This document shows, one piece after another, positions 50,129 to 62,083 of a stretch of 64,000 bases of DNA. The notes below the pieces were generated by a model. It was not told the origin of the DNA. It saw only the letters and a list, made by a program, of their open reading frames with translations, and did no database searches. Source of the DNA: Octopus sinensis (lineage: Eukaryota). Both the position numbers and the translations under genes were made by a program. Location: contig NC_043007.1 of assembly GCF_006345805.1 (NCBI RefSeq), forward strand, positions 11,222,001 to 11,286,000, given 5' to 3'. Each line of letters begins with the position of its first letter. Position 1 is the first letter of the stretch.

Positions 50129-51163
50129 CCCACTAAACAGATAACAGCACCTTATGTGGGTGAAAACCTTCTTTAGCCTGGGGTGCCAGTGTTTCTCTTT
50201 TCCCTACCCACTGTCTTTGGTGCTTGACATTTTTATAGATAACCCATTTCACCTCACCTGTCACTATTCGGTCCCCCCTCCCCACAAAAAAAGGTTCAAT
50301 CGTGAGACGTGACAGCAAAGAAGAGCACACATTCACTCTCTGTGCGTGATTAGATTTGGAAAGTTTGTGAGGAACCCACTGACCCAATTTGCTCACTTTT
50401 CCGATAGCACATAGATGTCGATGAATGGTTGAATAACTAAATCCAAGCTTCTCTGCTAGTTCTTCAACAGTTACGATGGGATTTTGTTCAACCAGGGTTG
50501 CAGGATGTCCTCGTCGAGCTCTACAGATCTTCCAGGACAAGGCTTGTCTTCTAGGCTGTAATTTCCTACTCGGAATTTCTGAAACCGCCGTTGACACTCC
50601 TTTACACTTATTGTCCGGTCCCCATATACTGCATTAATATTCCTCACACTTTCCGTTGCATTGTTGCCTTTATTGAACTCATAAATCAAAATATGTCAAA
50701 TATGCTCCTATGTCACTTCCAATATTGCTTTGAAAAAATAACTGTTAAAATCGAACTGCACTCTTCAAAACTTGCACTAAGAATAAGTAGAAGGTAAAAT
50801 TACTATCTGCTTTTATAGCAAGTTGATGCAGGTAGTTTATCCTGTCCCCCTGTGACTTTTAGTTCATGCAATCGGAAAAAAACCGCCTTATTTATGGGAT
50901 AACCCTATACATACATACACACATACACACACACACGGCAGGCTTCTTTCGGTTTCTGTACCAAATCCACCCACAAGGCTCTGGTCAGCCTGAGGCTATA
51001 GTAGAAATAACCTGTCCACCAAGGTGCCATGCAGTAGGACTGAACCCAGAACCACGTGGTTTGGAATCAAACTGCTTACCATACAGCCATGCTTGCGCCT
51101 ATTGGCACAATATATGATTTGTTTTATAAGGGGTGAGGGCTAGTCGATTACATTTTATCTAAA

Positions 51164-51564
51164 GGCGGCGAGCTGGCAGAAACGTTAGCACGCCGGGCGA
51201 AATGCTTAGCTGTATTTCGTCTGCCGTTACGTTCTGAGTTCAAATTCCGCCGAGGTCAACTTTGCCTTTCATCCTTTCGGGGTCGATAAATTAAGTACCA
51301 GTTACGCACTGGGGTCGATGTAATCGACTTAATTCGTTTGTCTGTCTTTGTCCCCTCTATGTTTAGCCCCTTGTGGGTAGTAAAGAAATAGGTATTTCGT
51401 CTGTCTTCACATTCTGAGTTCAAATTCCGCCGAGGTCGACTTTGCGTTTCATCCTTTCGGGGTCGATTAAATAAGTACCATTTACGCACTGGGGTCGATT
51501 TAATCGACTTAATCCGTTTGTCTGTCCTCTCTGTGTTTAGCCCCTTGTGGGTAGTAAAGAAATA
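51164..51564 (+). mobile_element. SINE family B dimer with 18-bp TSD
   Basis: TSD GATTACATTTTATCTAAA at 51146-51163 and 51565-51582; second unit restarts at GGTATTTCGTC (51391). Confidence 0.93.
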
Positions 51565-51829
51565 GATTACATTTTATCTAAATGCTGCCGTGGTTGACTT
51601 AGCCGTTAGTCCTTTCAGTGGGAGAGATGAAATAACAACTAGTTTTCCTTTGGGGGTAATGTGATTCCCATGAAGATAATAATGAGAATTTGTGCTACAT
51701 TTTATTTATGTGAGGGTTCATATTCTTTGAAATATTTATTCATTCTTTTAAAAACTTATTCCTTCGGGACTCGGTAATAATTATCTTCCACAAAATCCTC
51801 TTAAATTACTCGTTATCTTCGTAATTCAC

Positions 51830-51976
51830 CTTCCCTATTTTGTTTTCCCCTTCGAGGAAGGTGAAGACGCAGGCTGGAAAGCGGAGCATTTTCCAATCGA
51901 AGTCGAATGTAGAGGATTCGGTTGCGTGTTGCGAGGGTGCTGGGAATGAAAGATTCCCCGTGAACATGTTATAAGT
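51830..51976 (-). CDS. Candidate exon (147 nt, phase 0/0) of an unidentified gene
   Basis: Acceptor ttttgtatgcAG, donor AAG|GTGAAT; only phase 0 is open; no recognisable homology. Confidence 0.25.
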
Positions 51977-52298
51977 CTGCATACAAAAGTTTCAATAGGA
52001 GAACGGGGCTCGTGGGGTCGGAGCGTAAGCCATCTCTCTGCTTCATTTCATGTTTGTATTTCGTCCTCGTTGTATCTCATTCGTTCTCATTATATTTTGT
52101 GAAATTTTAAAAGTCATATAATCATTGTGTGTCTGACCCCAATCAGGCTGTATTGTCCCCCTCTACGTTTGGGCCCTTGTGGCTAATAAAAAAATTGAAT
52201 GTAGAGGTTTCGTTGGACACAGTGTGAGGTATCTGTTGTTATCGTTAGACCTAACTCATCGTAAAGCAAATACCACCATGAATGATATCTGGACTTAC

Positions 52299-52490
52299 AG
52301 TGGAAAAGGCAAACCACTGGATTTGGTGAAAAAGAGACGATGAGCAATGGCTAGAAGAATATTGGACGAAACCTGATAAGCAGTCAATCTGACAAGCGGG
52401 GCCGCATTTCAGCGATTGGGGCCGGTGCGCAATGATGCCGTCGGGAGGTCGGCTCCGAAACAACGCATATTCTTTACTTGATGACCCCAT
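52299..52490 (-). CDS. Candidate exon (64 codons from ATG) ending at a consensus GTAAGT donor
   Basis: ORF 52251..52490; donor at 52298-52293 in phase 0; no recognisable homology. Confidence 0.25.
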
Positions 52491-52769
52491 GAAGTTGCTA
52501 GCATCCAGTAGGTGGAACTTTCAACTGGTGGCACTTGCATCTTCAAGTTGTATGAAAAAAAAAAAAAAAAAAAGAAAGAAAAACACCAAATCGTTACCAT
52601 GGAGATAAGTCGTTTATTACTTTTGTGAATATAACTTACAAAGCACATACATCATACTTGTGGCTTCCTTATTATTACATAACATAAAGAAATTTATGAT
52701 TCTGGGTTTTCGTTTCCTCTGATTATAAACATTTCCCTACCTCTTAATATAAGTGTAGTGAAGTGATCC

Positions 52770-53130
52770 TATACAACAGCGCGCGCGCGCGCAACGCCCT
52801 CTCGCGAATACACGAAGTCCGAAAGAGGGAATTTTGCTGACGTGGCCTTAGGCAAGGGAGCGTGAGCCTTAACAAAGAGGCAAGGGAGCGTAAAGGTTGA
52901 CCATTAGCGTCCGACAGACAGCGGCAGGCATTTCACCAAAGCAGACGTTTAATTCGCTCTCTCTCCGGTTTTGATAGCAGCAGTCCTTTGGCCGAAGACT
53001 TTTAACCTGAATTGTTGCAGTCAAATCATCTTCTTCCTCAGGACGCCATTTTGGACATCAGATATACCACTGATTTCTCACCGGTATAAAACAATAAAGT
53101 ATGTCTATTTTTTTACGTCTGCGTTTTGTG
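52770..53130. promoter_or_regulatory. CpG-rich promoter-like segment
   Basis: (CG)n run, TCTCGCGA, TGACGTGG, GCCATTTT (YY1-like), duplicated AGGCAAGGGAGCGT (52850, 52878); no TE signature seen. Confidence 0.4.
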
Positions 53131-53354
53131 TTTCTTTGACTGGTAGAGTCTGGATATAAAAGCAACGGAAAGTGATTGCACCAACTTGCACCCCAAAAGT
53201 GCAAGCGGAGATATCACATATTCGTTACATAAGCATTAGCAAGCTCGCTTATAAAATTAATTTGCTTCTTGCAAGAGGCTTGTAGTGGAAAAAGGTGTAT
53301 TAGAAAATGTTGCGGTAGCAGATGAAATAAATATATATACGATTTCAAAGTAAA

Positions 53355-53774
53355 CGGATCTTTTCGGTTTAAACGGCATTTTTAAAAATAATTTCCACGT
53401 AACTAAATACTTTTAAACTTCGTATACTGGTAGAAAATGTGTTTATAAAACATTTTTTTTCTCTTGGTTTTATTGAGAAAATTATATGGTTTGTAAGATC
53501 TTCAATTTCTGCAATTTCAACCAATCACTGACGTCTATTGAGGTAAAAAAAAACATTCTGTGCCGTATGAATATGTCCCTCGTTTAAGAAACAGATTGGG
53601 TTTATTTACATTTCTGAAGAAAAAAAAGACACCCTTCCCTCACCCCTAACCCTAACCAAGCCTAACCCTAAAACAGATTGAAATGCAATAGATCGATACT
53701 AGGGTCATAATTATGGGTGACAATTTCATATGACACCGCTAGAAAAAAACTGCCGTTCAAACCGAAAAGATCCG
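53355..53774. mobile_element. MITE, ~24-bp TIRs, internal CCCTAA repeats, copy 1
   Basis: CGGATCTTTTCGGTTTAAACGGCA / TGCCGTTCAAACCGAAAAGATCCG; superfamily not assigned. Confidence 0.9.
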
Positions 53775-54240
53775 AGGCTTGTAGTGGAAAAGGTGTATCA
53801 GAAAATATTGAGGTAGCAGATGAATTAAATATATATACGACTTCAAAGTATATAATGGAATAACATCGGTTTGTAGTTTAAATAATTTATTTAAACGACA
53901 CTTGCATTTGCTTGCTGAATATACAAATCTTCACTACATCAATTCGTTACCAACTGCTTCGAGCTGGTGAAGAAATCAACACGATACGTATTATGAATGT
54001 GGTAGTGTAGAACAGGATATGTTTTGTGTCTGTGTGTGCGTTGGTCATTTAGTGGAGTCTGTTTAGGTTCTGGGATATCGTCTGTCGTTCATGTTGAATA
54101 TCTGAGAAATTACTGGCTGAGTATCTCGTGCGCGTCTCTCTCCGTCCCTGACTTTTATGTCTGTCCCTTTACGAATTACTGTTTTTATAACAAGTTGTGG
54201 TAGCTAGAAGGACAGACATACGGCAACAGAAATCCATTTG

Positions 54241-54654
54241 GGATCTTTTCGGTTTGAACGGCAGTTTTTAAAAATAATTTCCACGTAACTAAAAAAATTT
54301 AAACTTCGTATACTGGTAGGATGTGTTTATAAAACATCTTTTTCTCTTGGCTTTATTGAGAAAATTATATGGTTTGTAAGATATTTGTTGTTGTTTTTTC
54401 TTCAATTTCTGCAATTTCAACCAATCAATGACGTCTATTGAGGTAAAAAACATTCTGTGCCGTATGAATATGTCCCTCGTTTAAGAAAAAGATTGGGTTT
54501 ATTTACATTTGTGAAGAAAAAAAGATACCCTTCCCCCCACCCTTAACCCTAACCCAGATTGAAATGCAATAGATCGATACTAGGGTCATAATTATGGGTG
54601 ACAATTTCATATGACACCGCTAGAAAAAACTGCCGTTCAAACCGAAAATATCCG
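54241..54654. mobile_element. Same MITE, copy 2, inserted in the unclassified repeat
   Basis: GGATCTTTTCGGTTTGAACGGCAG..CTGCCGTTCAAACCGAAAATATCC. Confidence 0.9.
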
Positions 54655-54948
54655 AGATTGTACCAAGATAGGTCAACTCCTGTCCATTTGAACTTCACCT
54701 GACATGGCTGAGGTCGGAGGTCAAAGGGAAACGATCCATCATTTTTTGACAGGACTAAAAAATTTCTTTCGCGCCTGTTTGGTCAGTGGTGGATCAGACG
54801 AGCGAAAATCCTTGGGTTCCGTTTCGAATCTAAGCTCGGAGAAAGTTAGTTTTTACATTACCCCACTTCTAGCGAGAAAGCCACAAGGATCGAACGATAC
54901 AGATCTGTGTGATACTGGAAATGTGATTTCGTGTGCAATGAAGAAAAA

Positions 54949-55562
54949 TAGGAGTGGCTTTGTGGTAAGTAGCTGGCTTCCCAACCACATGGTTCCGGGT
55001 TCAGTCCCACTGCGTGGCACCTTGGAGCAAGTGTCTTCTACTATAGCCTCGGGCCGACCAATGTCTTGTGAGTGGATTTGGTAGACGGAAACTGAAAGAA
55101 GCCCGTCGTATATGTATATATATATATGTATGTGTGTGTGTTTGTGTGTCTGTGTTCGTTCCCCTAGCATTGCTTGACAACCGATGCTGGTGTGTTTATG
55201 TCCCCGTCACTTAGCGGTTCGGCAAAAAGAGACCGATAGAATAAGTACTGGAATTACAAAGAGTAAGTCCCGGGGTCGATTTGCTCGACTAAAGGCGGTG
55301 CTCCAGCATGGCCGCAGTCAAATGACTGAAACAAGTAAAAGAGATATGTGTGTGTGTTTATCTGTGTTTGTCCCCCACCAACATCGCTTGACAACCGCTG
55401 CTGGTGTGTTTACGTCCCCGTTACTTAGAGGTTCGGCAAAAGAGTGACCGATAGAATAAGTACTAGGCTTACAAAGAATAAGTCCTGGGGTCGATTTACT
55501 CGACCAAAGAGCCTGTGCTCCAGCATGGCCACAGTCAAGTGACTGAAACAAGTAAAAGAGTG
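54949..55562 (+). mobile_element. SINE family A plus a second 3' half in tandem
   Basis: Second half from ~55345 carries the CCAACATCGC variant. Confidence 0.9.
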
Positions 55563-55889
55563 TAATTTACAGACAAATGAATACATGTCAAAAACATGGG
55601 AAGTGAAAGAAATATAAAAATATAAGGCAAAGAATTAAAGTGCAGTGTTGGTGTGTGTGCAATAGGTTAGGCAATATGATATGCCTAGGCGGAAACATAA
55701 ATGTAATATGCTGGAGCGTTGAAAGAGATGTGAAACTTTATTGCTTGCGTGACCCACTAAAGGTCTAATAAAGATAAGGTGTCTTTCAGTAAGCGCAGAG
55801 ATCAAGTGATAAGCACACATGTGAATATGAGTGGTGTAAGTGTGTGTAAGCATACAAGGAGCAAAACATTTTAATAAGAAAGCAAACCA

Positions 55890-56055
55890 TAGGTGCAGGA
55901 GTGACTGTGTGGTAAGTAGCTTGTTTACTAACCACATGGTTCCGGGTTCAGTCCCACTGCGTGGCACCCTGGGCGAGTGTCTTCTACTATAGCCTCGGGC
56001 CGACCAAAGCCTTGTGAGTGGATTTGGTAGACGGAACTGAAAGAAGCCCGTCGTA

Positions 56056-56133
<78 letters not shown>

Positions 56134-56346
56134 GCGTGTGTGTGTCTGTTTGTCCCCCTAGCATTGCTTGACAACCGATGCTAGTGTGTTTATGTCCCCG
56201 TTACTTAGCGGTTCGGCATAAGAAACCAATAGAATAAGTACTGGGCTTACAAAAGAATAAGTCCCGGGGTCGAGTTGCTCGATTAAAGGCGGTGCTCCAG
56301 CATGGCCGCAGTCAAATGACTGAAACAAGTAAAAGAGTAAAAGAGA
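55890..56346 (+). mobile_element. SINE family A, full length, long internal (TA)n
   Basis: Matches other copies. Confidence 0.92.
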
Positions 56347-56448
56347 TACGTACATGCAGGGAATTGACAGAAAAATGAAAAAAAATGTTCGTGGAAAAAG
56401 GTTCGTTTGTGAAATGTTTAGTAAAGGTTCATAAAGATGTTTTTCGTT

Positions 56449-56980
56449 ACTCTTCACTCTTTTACCTGTTTCAGTCATTTGACTGTGGCCATGCTGGAGC
56501 ACCGCCTTTTAGTCGAGCAAATCGACTCCAGGACTTATTCTTTCTAAGCCTAGGACTTATTCTATCGGTCACTCTTTTGCCGGATCGCTAAGATACGGGG
56601 ACGTAAACACACCAGCATCAGTTGTCAAGCAATGCTAGAGGGACAAACACAGATACAAACACACACACACACGCACACATGTATATATCTATATATATAT
56701 ACACACACACACACACATATATATATACATATACACACCAGCATCGGTTGTCAAGCGATGTTGGTGGCGGGGGGGGTGACAAATATAGACACACAAACAT
56801 ATACTCACACATACACGCATATATACATACTAATATACGACAGGCTTCTTTCAGTTTCCGTCTATCAAATCCACTCACAAGGCTTTGGTCGGCCCGAGGC
56901 TATAGTAGAAGACACTTACCCAAGGTGCCACGCAGTGGGACTGAACCCGGAACCATGTGGTTCGTAAGCAAGCTACTCAC
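56449..56980 (-). mobile_element. SINE family A with internal duplication
   Basis: CACACCAGCATCRGTTGTCAAGC occurs twice (~56608, ~56734). Confidence 0.9.
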
Positions 56981-57113
56981 CAAAAAATCGTTTTTTTTTT
57001 GTACAAAATGTTCGTTGTTTTCTCTTGGTGTGTACGCAGAGTGATATGGGTGATGTGTGTGTACATTGTTCATAACCATAAGAAAAATAAACATTTGTTT
57101 TTTGGTGTGGGCA

Positions 57114-57540
57114 ATACTCTTACTCTTTTACTCTTTTACTCTTTTACTTGTTTCAGTCATTTGACTGCGGCCATGCTGGAGCACCACCTTTAGTCGAGCA
57201 AATCGACCCCGGGACTTATTCTTTGTAAGCCCAGTACTTATTCTATCGGTCTCTTTTGCCGAACCGCTAAGTGACGGGGACATAAACACACCAGCATCGG
57301 TTGTCAAGCAATGCTAGGGGGACAAACACAGACACACAAACATATACACACACACTTATATATATATATACATATATACGACAGGCTTCTTTCAGTTTCC
57401 GTCTACCAAATCCACTCACAAGGCATTGGTCGGCCCGAGGCTATAGTAGAAGACACTTGCCCAAGATGCCACGCAGTGGGACTGAACCCGGAACCATGTG
57501 GTTGGTTAGCAAGCTACTTACCACACAGCCACTCCTGCGC
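57114..57540 (-). mobile_element. SINE family A, full length
   Basis: Matches other copies. Confidence 0.92.
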
Positions 57541-58541
57541 CAATGTGGACATTCCAATTCAGAAGATGGGTAGGTGAAGAGTTTGAACCTACTCGAAAGA
57601 CTTGAACAGACCTTGCGGGCCATCGAACTCTTCTTCCCGATTTGATGTACAAAATGCAATTCGTGAAACGTTTTTCACGATCTCTAAATTTGCTTCGCTG
57701 CACATGTTCAAGACATGAATTAAATAAACAATCACTTGCCCGTCACTGACGCCTAAGTTTCTTCACAGCGGGCGTCTTTCTATCGCAATTTACTTTCATT
57801 TTGTTTTAGCACGTTTACCTTTCGTTTTATGCGGCGACAAACTGTATATTAACCCACTTTTTTTTTATCTACTGACAAGTGAGTTCGCCATTTGTAATTA
57901 TGATACAACCTTTAGAAGCAGAGATAATCTTAATAAATCATTGTATGTTATTGGGTATACCTCTGCTTGTTTATCCTCTTAGATATGTTTCTCCATATCC
58001 CACGCACAATCAAAGCTCTTAAGTTCTTCATTCATAAATACGTCGCAGTTGTTCAGTCAAGCAAAAAAACAGCGCATACGGAAAGGCTTAAAATAAACGG
58101 CTTTTACCAATATCCAACACTCACTTCCTGCAAAAGGCCATTATAATCTACACCTCAAAGAAGTAGCATATCTTGGGGGTTTGGGGTTCACTCTTGCCGT
58201 CGCTTTTATGGGGACGGTACTTTTGGCTCTGCTGTATAAGCTTGTACAAGCCTGAGGGCCAACAGAGGGGATGGAAGGAGAGTGGGAAACTCAAAAGCTA
58301 CCTCGGGCGACAAAGAAATCTAGCCATACAATTCTTCGTATTCCTGCACAACTAGCGACCCTCCTGCTTTCCTAACTGCAACCCGATTTTTTCGGTGACT
58401 TTGTCAAAGGGATCCCTAGAAACTTCTCGACCCCAACCCTCACCCATCGCTTCACTTCTCATTTCTAATGATTTTGTAAGTAGAACTTCTTTGAAGAAAA
58501 CCTTCGCTTTTGCATTCACCCCACACTACACACACTAATTA

Positions 58542-58775
58542 TATTTCTTTATTGCCCACCAGGGGGCTAAACATAGAGAGGACAAACAAGGACAGACAAA
58601 GGGATTAAGTCGATTACATTGACTCCAGTGCGTAACTGGTACTTAATTTATCGACCCCGAAAGGATGAAAGGTAAAGTCGACCTCGGCGGAATTTGAACT
58701 CAGAACGTAACGGCAGACGAAATACGGTTACGCATTTCGCCCGGCGTGCTAACGTCTCTGCCAGCTCGCCGCCTT
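58542..58775 (-). mobile_element. SINE family B, full length, ~14-bp TSD
   Basis: ACACACACTAATTA on both sides. Confidence 0.92.
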
Positions 58776-58959
58776 CACACACACTAATTAAATACCTTCC
58801 AAATGCTATTCTTTTCCACTTCGTTGGCCACGTGCGAAATTAACTTCAGTCGCTTCAAACAAACAAGGCCACCGGCCGTCACAATGTCCCTGCCATTACT
58901 CTCATAGAACGCTCTCCTTCCACAAAACTAACTCTTAATCTCACCAAACTCTTCAATCT

Positions 58960-59310
58960 CTCTCTCTTCTCTCTTTCTCTCTTCTCTCTTTCTCTCTTCT
59001 CTCTCTGTTTCTTTCTCTCACCCGCTCTCTATCTGTCATTCTGCTCTTTCTGTCTGTCTATCTGTTTGTCTGTCTCTTCCCCATCTCTGTCTTCCTCAAA
59101 CTATCTGCTTCTACCTCCACCTGTCCCTCGCTATCTCTCTCCGTCTGTCTATCTGTCTGTCTCTGTCTCTGTCTCTGTCTCTTTGTCTCTATCACTGTTT
59201 GTCTCTGTCTGTTTCTCTCTCTTTCTCTGTGCCTATCTCTTTCTCCTTCCCTCTCGTTCTCCTTCTCCCCTCTCTCTGTCCCAGGGATCTATCATGCTGT
59301 CATCCTTCTC
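58960..59310. repeat. (CT)/(CTGT)-rich low-complexity tract
   Basis: Direct reading. Confidence 0.9.
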
Positions 59311-59741
59311 TATCTTCTCTATACCTTCTTTGTAGGGGCTTCTGTTCTTTGGACTCGTTGGTCACGTGCCATCTGAAGTACTTCTGACTCACTCATCACG
59401 CATTCCCTCATCACTCCTTGTATTATTGAATTTACCTTACCATCAGGCTGAATCGCTTTTTTTTTATATTACCCTGGACGTCAGTTTCTGAAAGTCCTTC
59501 CGTAAACCCACTTTTGCCGTTTTCATTTTTTGTTCTCCTATCATATTTTTTCTTCTTTTTTGCAACCCTTTATGTACAAATAAAATTTATTCTCAATGCC
59601 CGAGAAGGTTTGAAGTTCAAGGGAGAGAACTCCAATATAATTAAAAGGATATATTGAATTATTTCCCTTGTTGCTGTGCAAAACTCAAAAAATCTTTTCT
59701 ATTCTAGGCATAAGGCACGAAATTTTGCCGGAGGGGGCCAG

Positions 59742-60040
59742 GCAACTGGTACTTAATTTATCGACTCGCAAAGTATGAAAGGCAAAGTCGACCTCGGCGG
59801 AATTTGAACTCAGAACGTAAAGACAGACGAAATACTGCTAAGCATTTCGCCCGGCGTGCTAACGTTTCTTATTTCTTTACTGCCTACAAGAGGGGAAAAA
59901 TAAGGACAGACAAAGGGATTAAGTCGATTATATTGACCTCAGTGCGTAACTGGTACTTATTTAATCAACCCAGAAAGGATGAAAGGCAAAGTCGACCTCG
60001 GCTGAATTTGAACTCAGAACGTAGTAGCAGATGAAATACC
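59742..60040 (-). mobile_element. Two tandem partial SINE family B units
   Basis: AAAGGCAAAGTCGACCTCGGC..GAACTCAGAACG twice. Confidence 0.88.
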
Positions 60041-60049
60041 AATAGGCCC

Positions 60050-60140
60050 CTTGAGCATGTGTCTTCTTCTATAGCAGAAGGCCGACCAAAGACTTGTGAG
60101 TGAATTTGGTAGACGAAAACTAAGAGAAACCCATCGTATA

Positions 60141-60175
<35 letters not shown>

Positions 60176-60410
60176 GTGTGTGTATGTGTGTGTGTGTGTG
60201 TGTGTGCTTGTGTGTCTGTGTTTGTGCCCACAACATCGCTTGGCAACCGATGCTGGTGTGTTTACGTCCCCGTAACTTAGAGGTTTGGCAAAAAGAGAAT
60301 GATTGAGTAAATACTAGGCTTACAAAGAATAAGTCCTAGGATCGATTTGCTCGACTAAAGACAATGCCCCAGTATAGCCGCAGTCAAAAGATTGAAACAA
60401 GTAAAAGAAT
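60050..60410 (+). mobile_element. SINE family A, 5'-truncated
   Basis: Body, microsatellite and tail. Confidence 0.85.
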
Positions 60411-60676
60411 TCATACATACGTATTTACAGACATACACACGTAAGCACACACATACACACACACGTAAGCACATACATACACACCACACACATGCACGCA
60501 CGCACACACATTTACACACACACGACTGAATGAAAACCCAAATTTCCGAGCCGCAATGACATTGGAGTTACGCCCCTTGAAATAAGGAGGTGGGTTGTCA
60601 ATTACAGTTACCTCCCTTTCATCAGCTACGTTAGAAATCAAATCGACGGAATTTATAATTATTATGAGCTATACTC

Positions 60677-60900
60677 TTTTACTCTTTTTTACTCTTTTTA
60701 CTTGTTTCAGTCATTTGACTGCGGCCATGCTGGAGCACCGCCTTTAGTCGAGCAACTCGACCCCAGGACTTATTCTTTGTAAGCCCAGTACTTATTCTAT
60801 CGGTCACTCTTTTGCCGAACCGCTAAGTGACGGGGACGTAAACACACCAGCATCAGTTGTCAAGCAATGCTAGGGGGACAAACACAGACACACATACAAA

Positions 60901-60944
<44 letters not shown>

Positions 60945-61140
60945 TATATATATATATATATATACACATATATACGACAGGCTTCTTTCAGTTTCCGTCT
61001 ACCAAATCCACTCACAAGGCATTGGTCGGCCCGGGGCTATAGCAGAAGACACTTGCCCAAGATGCCACGCAGTGGGACTGAACCAGGAACCATGTGGTTG
61101 GTTAGCAAGCTACTTACCAAACAGCCACTCCTGCGCCTAT
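60677..61140 (-). mobile_element. SINE family A, full length
   Basis: Matches other copies. Confidence 0.92.
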
Positions 61141-61547
61141 GTAGAAAACAATGAATTCAGAAGACGTAATATAAATGCTTTGCCTATTATTTGAATATTA
61201 CTTACTATTTCATTGACAAATAGTCAAAGACAAATAGTCAAAGACTTTACTGCCAAAGACTTTCACAGAGAGACTGCAGCGTAATTGCCGTGAGGAGTTT
61301 GTCGATGCAAACCACAACCTGTCTCTCTCAATTCTGTTATATTTTATCTGCCTATCTGTCCGTCCGTCTGTTTGTCTGTCTGCCTATGTTTATGTCTATA
61401 TCAATATCTGTATATATACGTACGTGTACGTGCATATGTGTGTGTATATGTATGCATGTGTGTGTGTTTGTGTGTGTGCATGAGTGCGTGTGTGTGTGTA
61501 CAAGGGTGTCTATGTATTTATATATAAATTTGCATATATGCATATAT

Positions 61548-61690
61548 GTGTGGCTGTACGGTAAGAAACTTGCTTCCTAACCACATGGTTCAGTCCCACT
61601 GCGTGGCAACTTGGGCAAGTGTCTTTTTCTATAGCCCGAGGCCAACCAAGTGGATTTCGTTGACAGAAACTGAAGGAAGCCCAACATATA
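61548..61690 (+). mobile_element. SINE family A 5' fragment
   Basis: GTGGCTGTACGGTAAG..GGTTCAGTCCC..TTGGGCAAGTG. Confidence 0.8.
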
Positions 61691-61854
61691 TATACATACG
61701 TTTGCGTGTCTCTGTTTGTGCCAGTGTATTGCTGTGCAAGGTGACTATTTTGAATGAGATGACATTAAGACTTAGGTAAATAAGTTATTTTTTATTAAAC
61801 CTACTAGTTCTTAAACTTTTTGATACCACCTTTTATATGTGTATGTATATATAT

Positions 61855-62069
61855 TTATTTCTTTATTGCCCACAAAGGGATAAACATAGAAGAGACAAAC
61901 AAGGACAGACAAAGGGATTAAGTCGATTACATCGACCCCAGTGCATAACTGGTATTTATTTAATCGACCCCGAAAGGATGAAAGGCAAAGTCGACCTCGG
62001 CTGAATTTGAACTCAGAATGTAACAGCAGACGAAATACCGCTAAGCATTTTGCCCCACGTGCTAACGAT
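61855..62069 (-). mobile_element. SINE family B
   Basis: Matches other copies; head truncated. Confidence 0.9.
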
Positions 62070-62083
62070 TATATATATATATG

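Larger units (their letters stand above)
48432..50907 (-). mobile_element. Mariner (DD34D) element, both TIRs present, interrupted
   Basis: TIRs TTGGGTCATCCCATAAATAA / TTATTTATGGGATAACCCTA; HTH, WVPH, RIVTG(D)EKW-like, HQDNA.PH, PYSPD(I)..YHLF; halves rejoin at WD(M)/KGLVHFELL. Confidence 0.92.
48232..51103 (-). mobile_element. SINE family A split in its internal microsatellite by the mariner
   Basis: Tail half 48232-48431, head half 50910-51103. Confidence 0.85.

Noticed and set aside
53640-53675. Interstitial telomere (CCCTAA)
   Set aside because: Only a few degenerate units, internal to a TIR-bounded MITE present twice
60575-60632. Minus-strand CTGATGA followed by a bulged stem
   Set aside because: No GAAA after the stem; not a hammerhead
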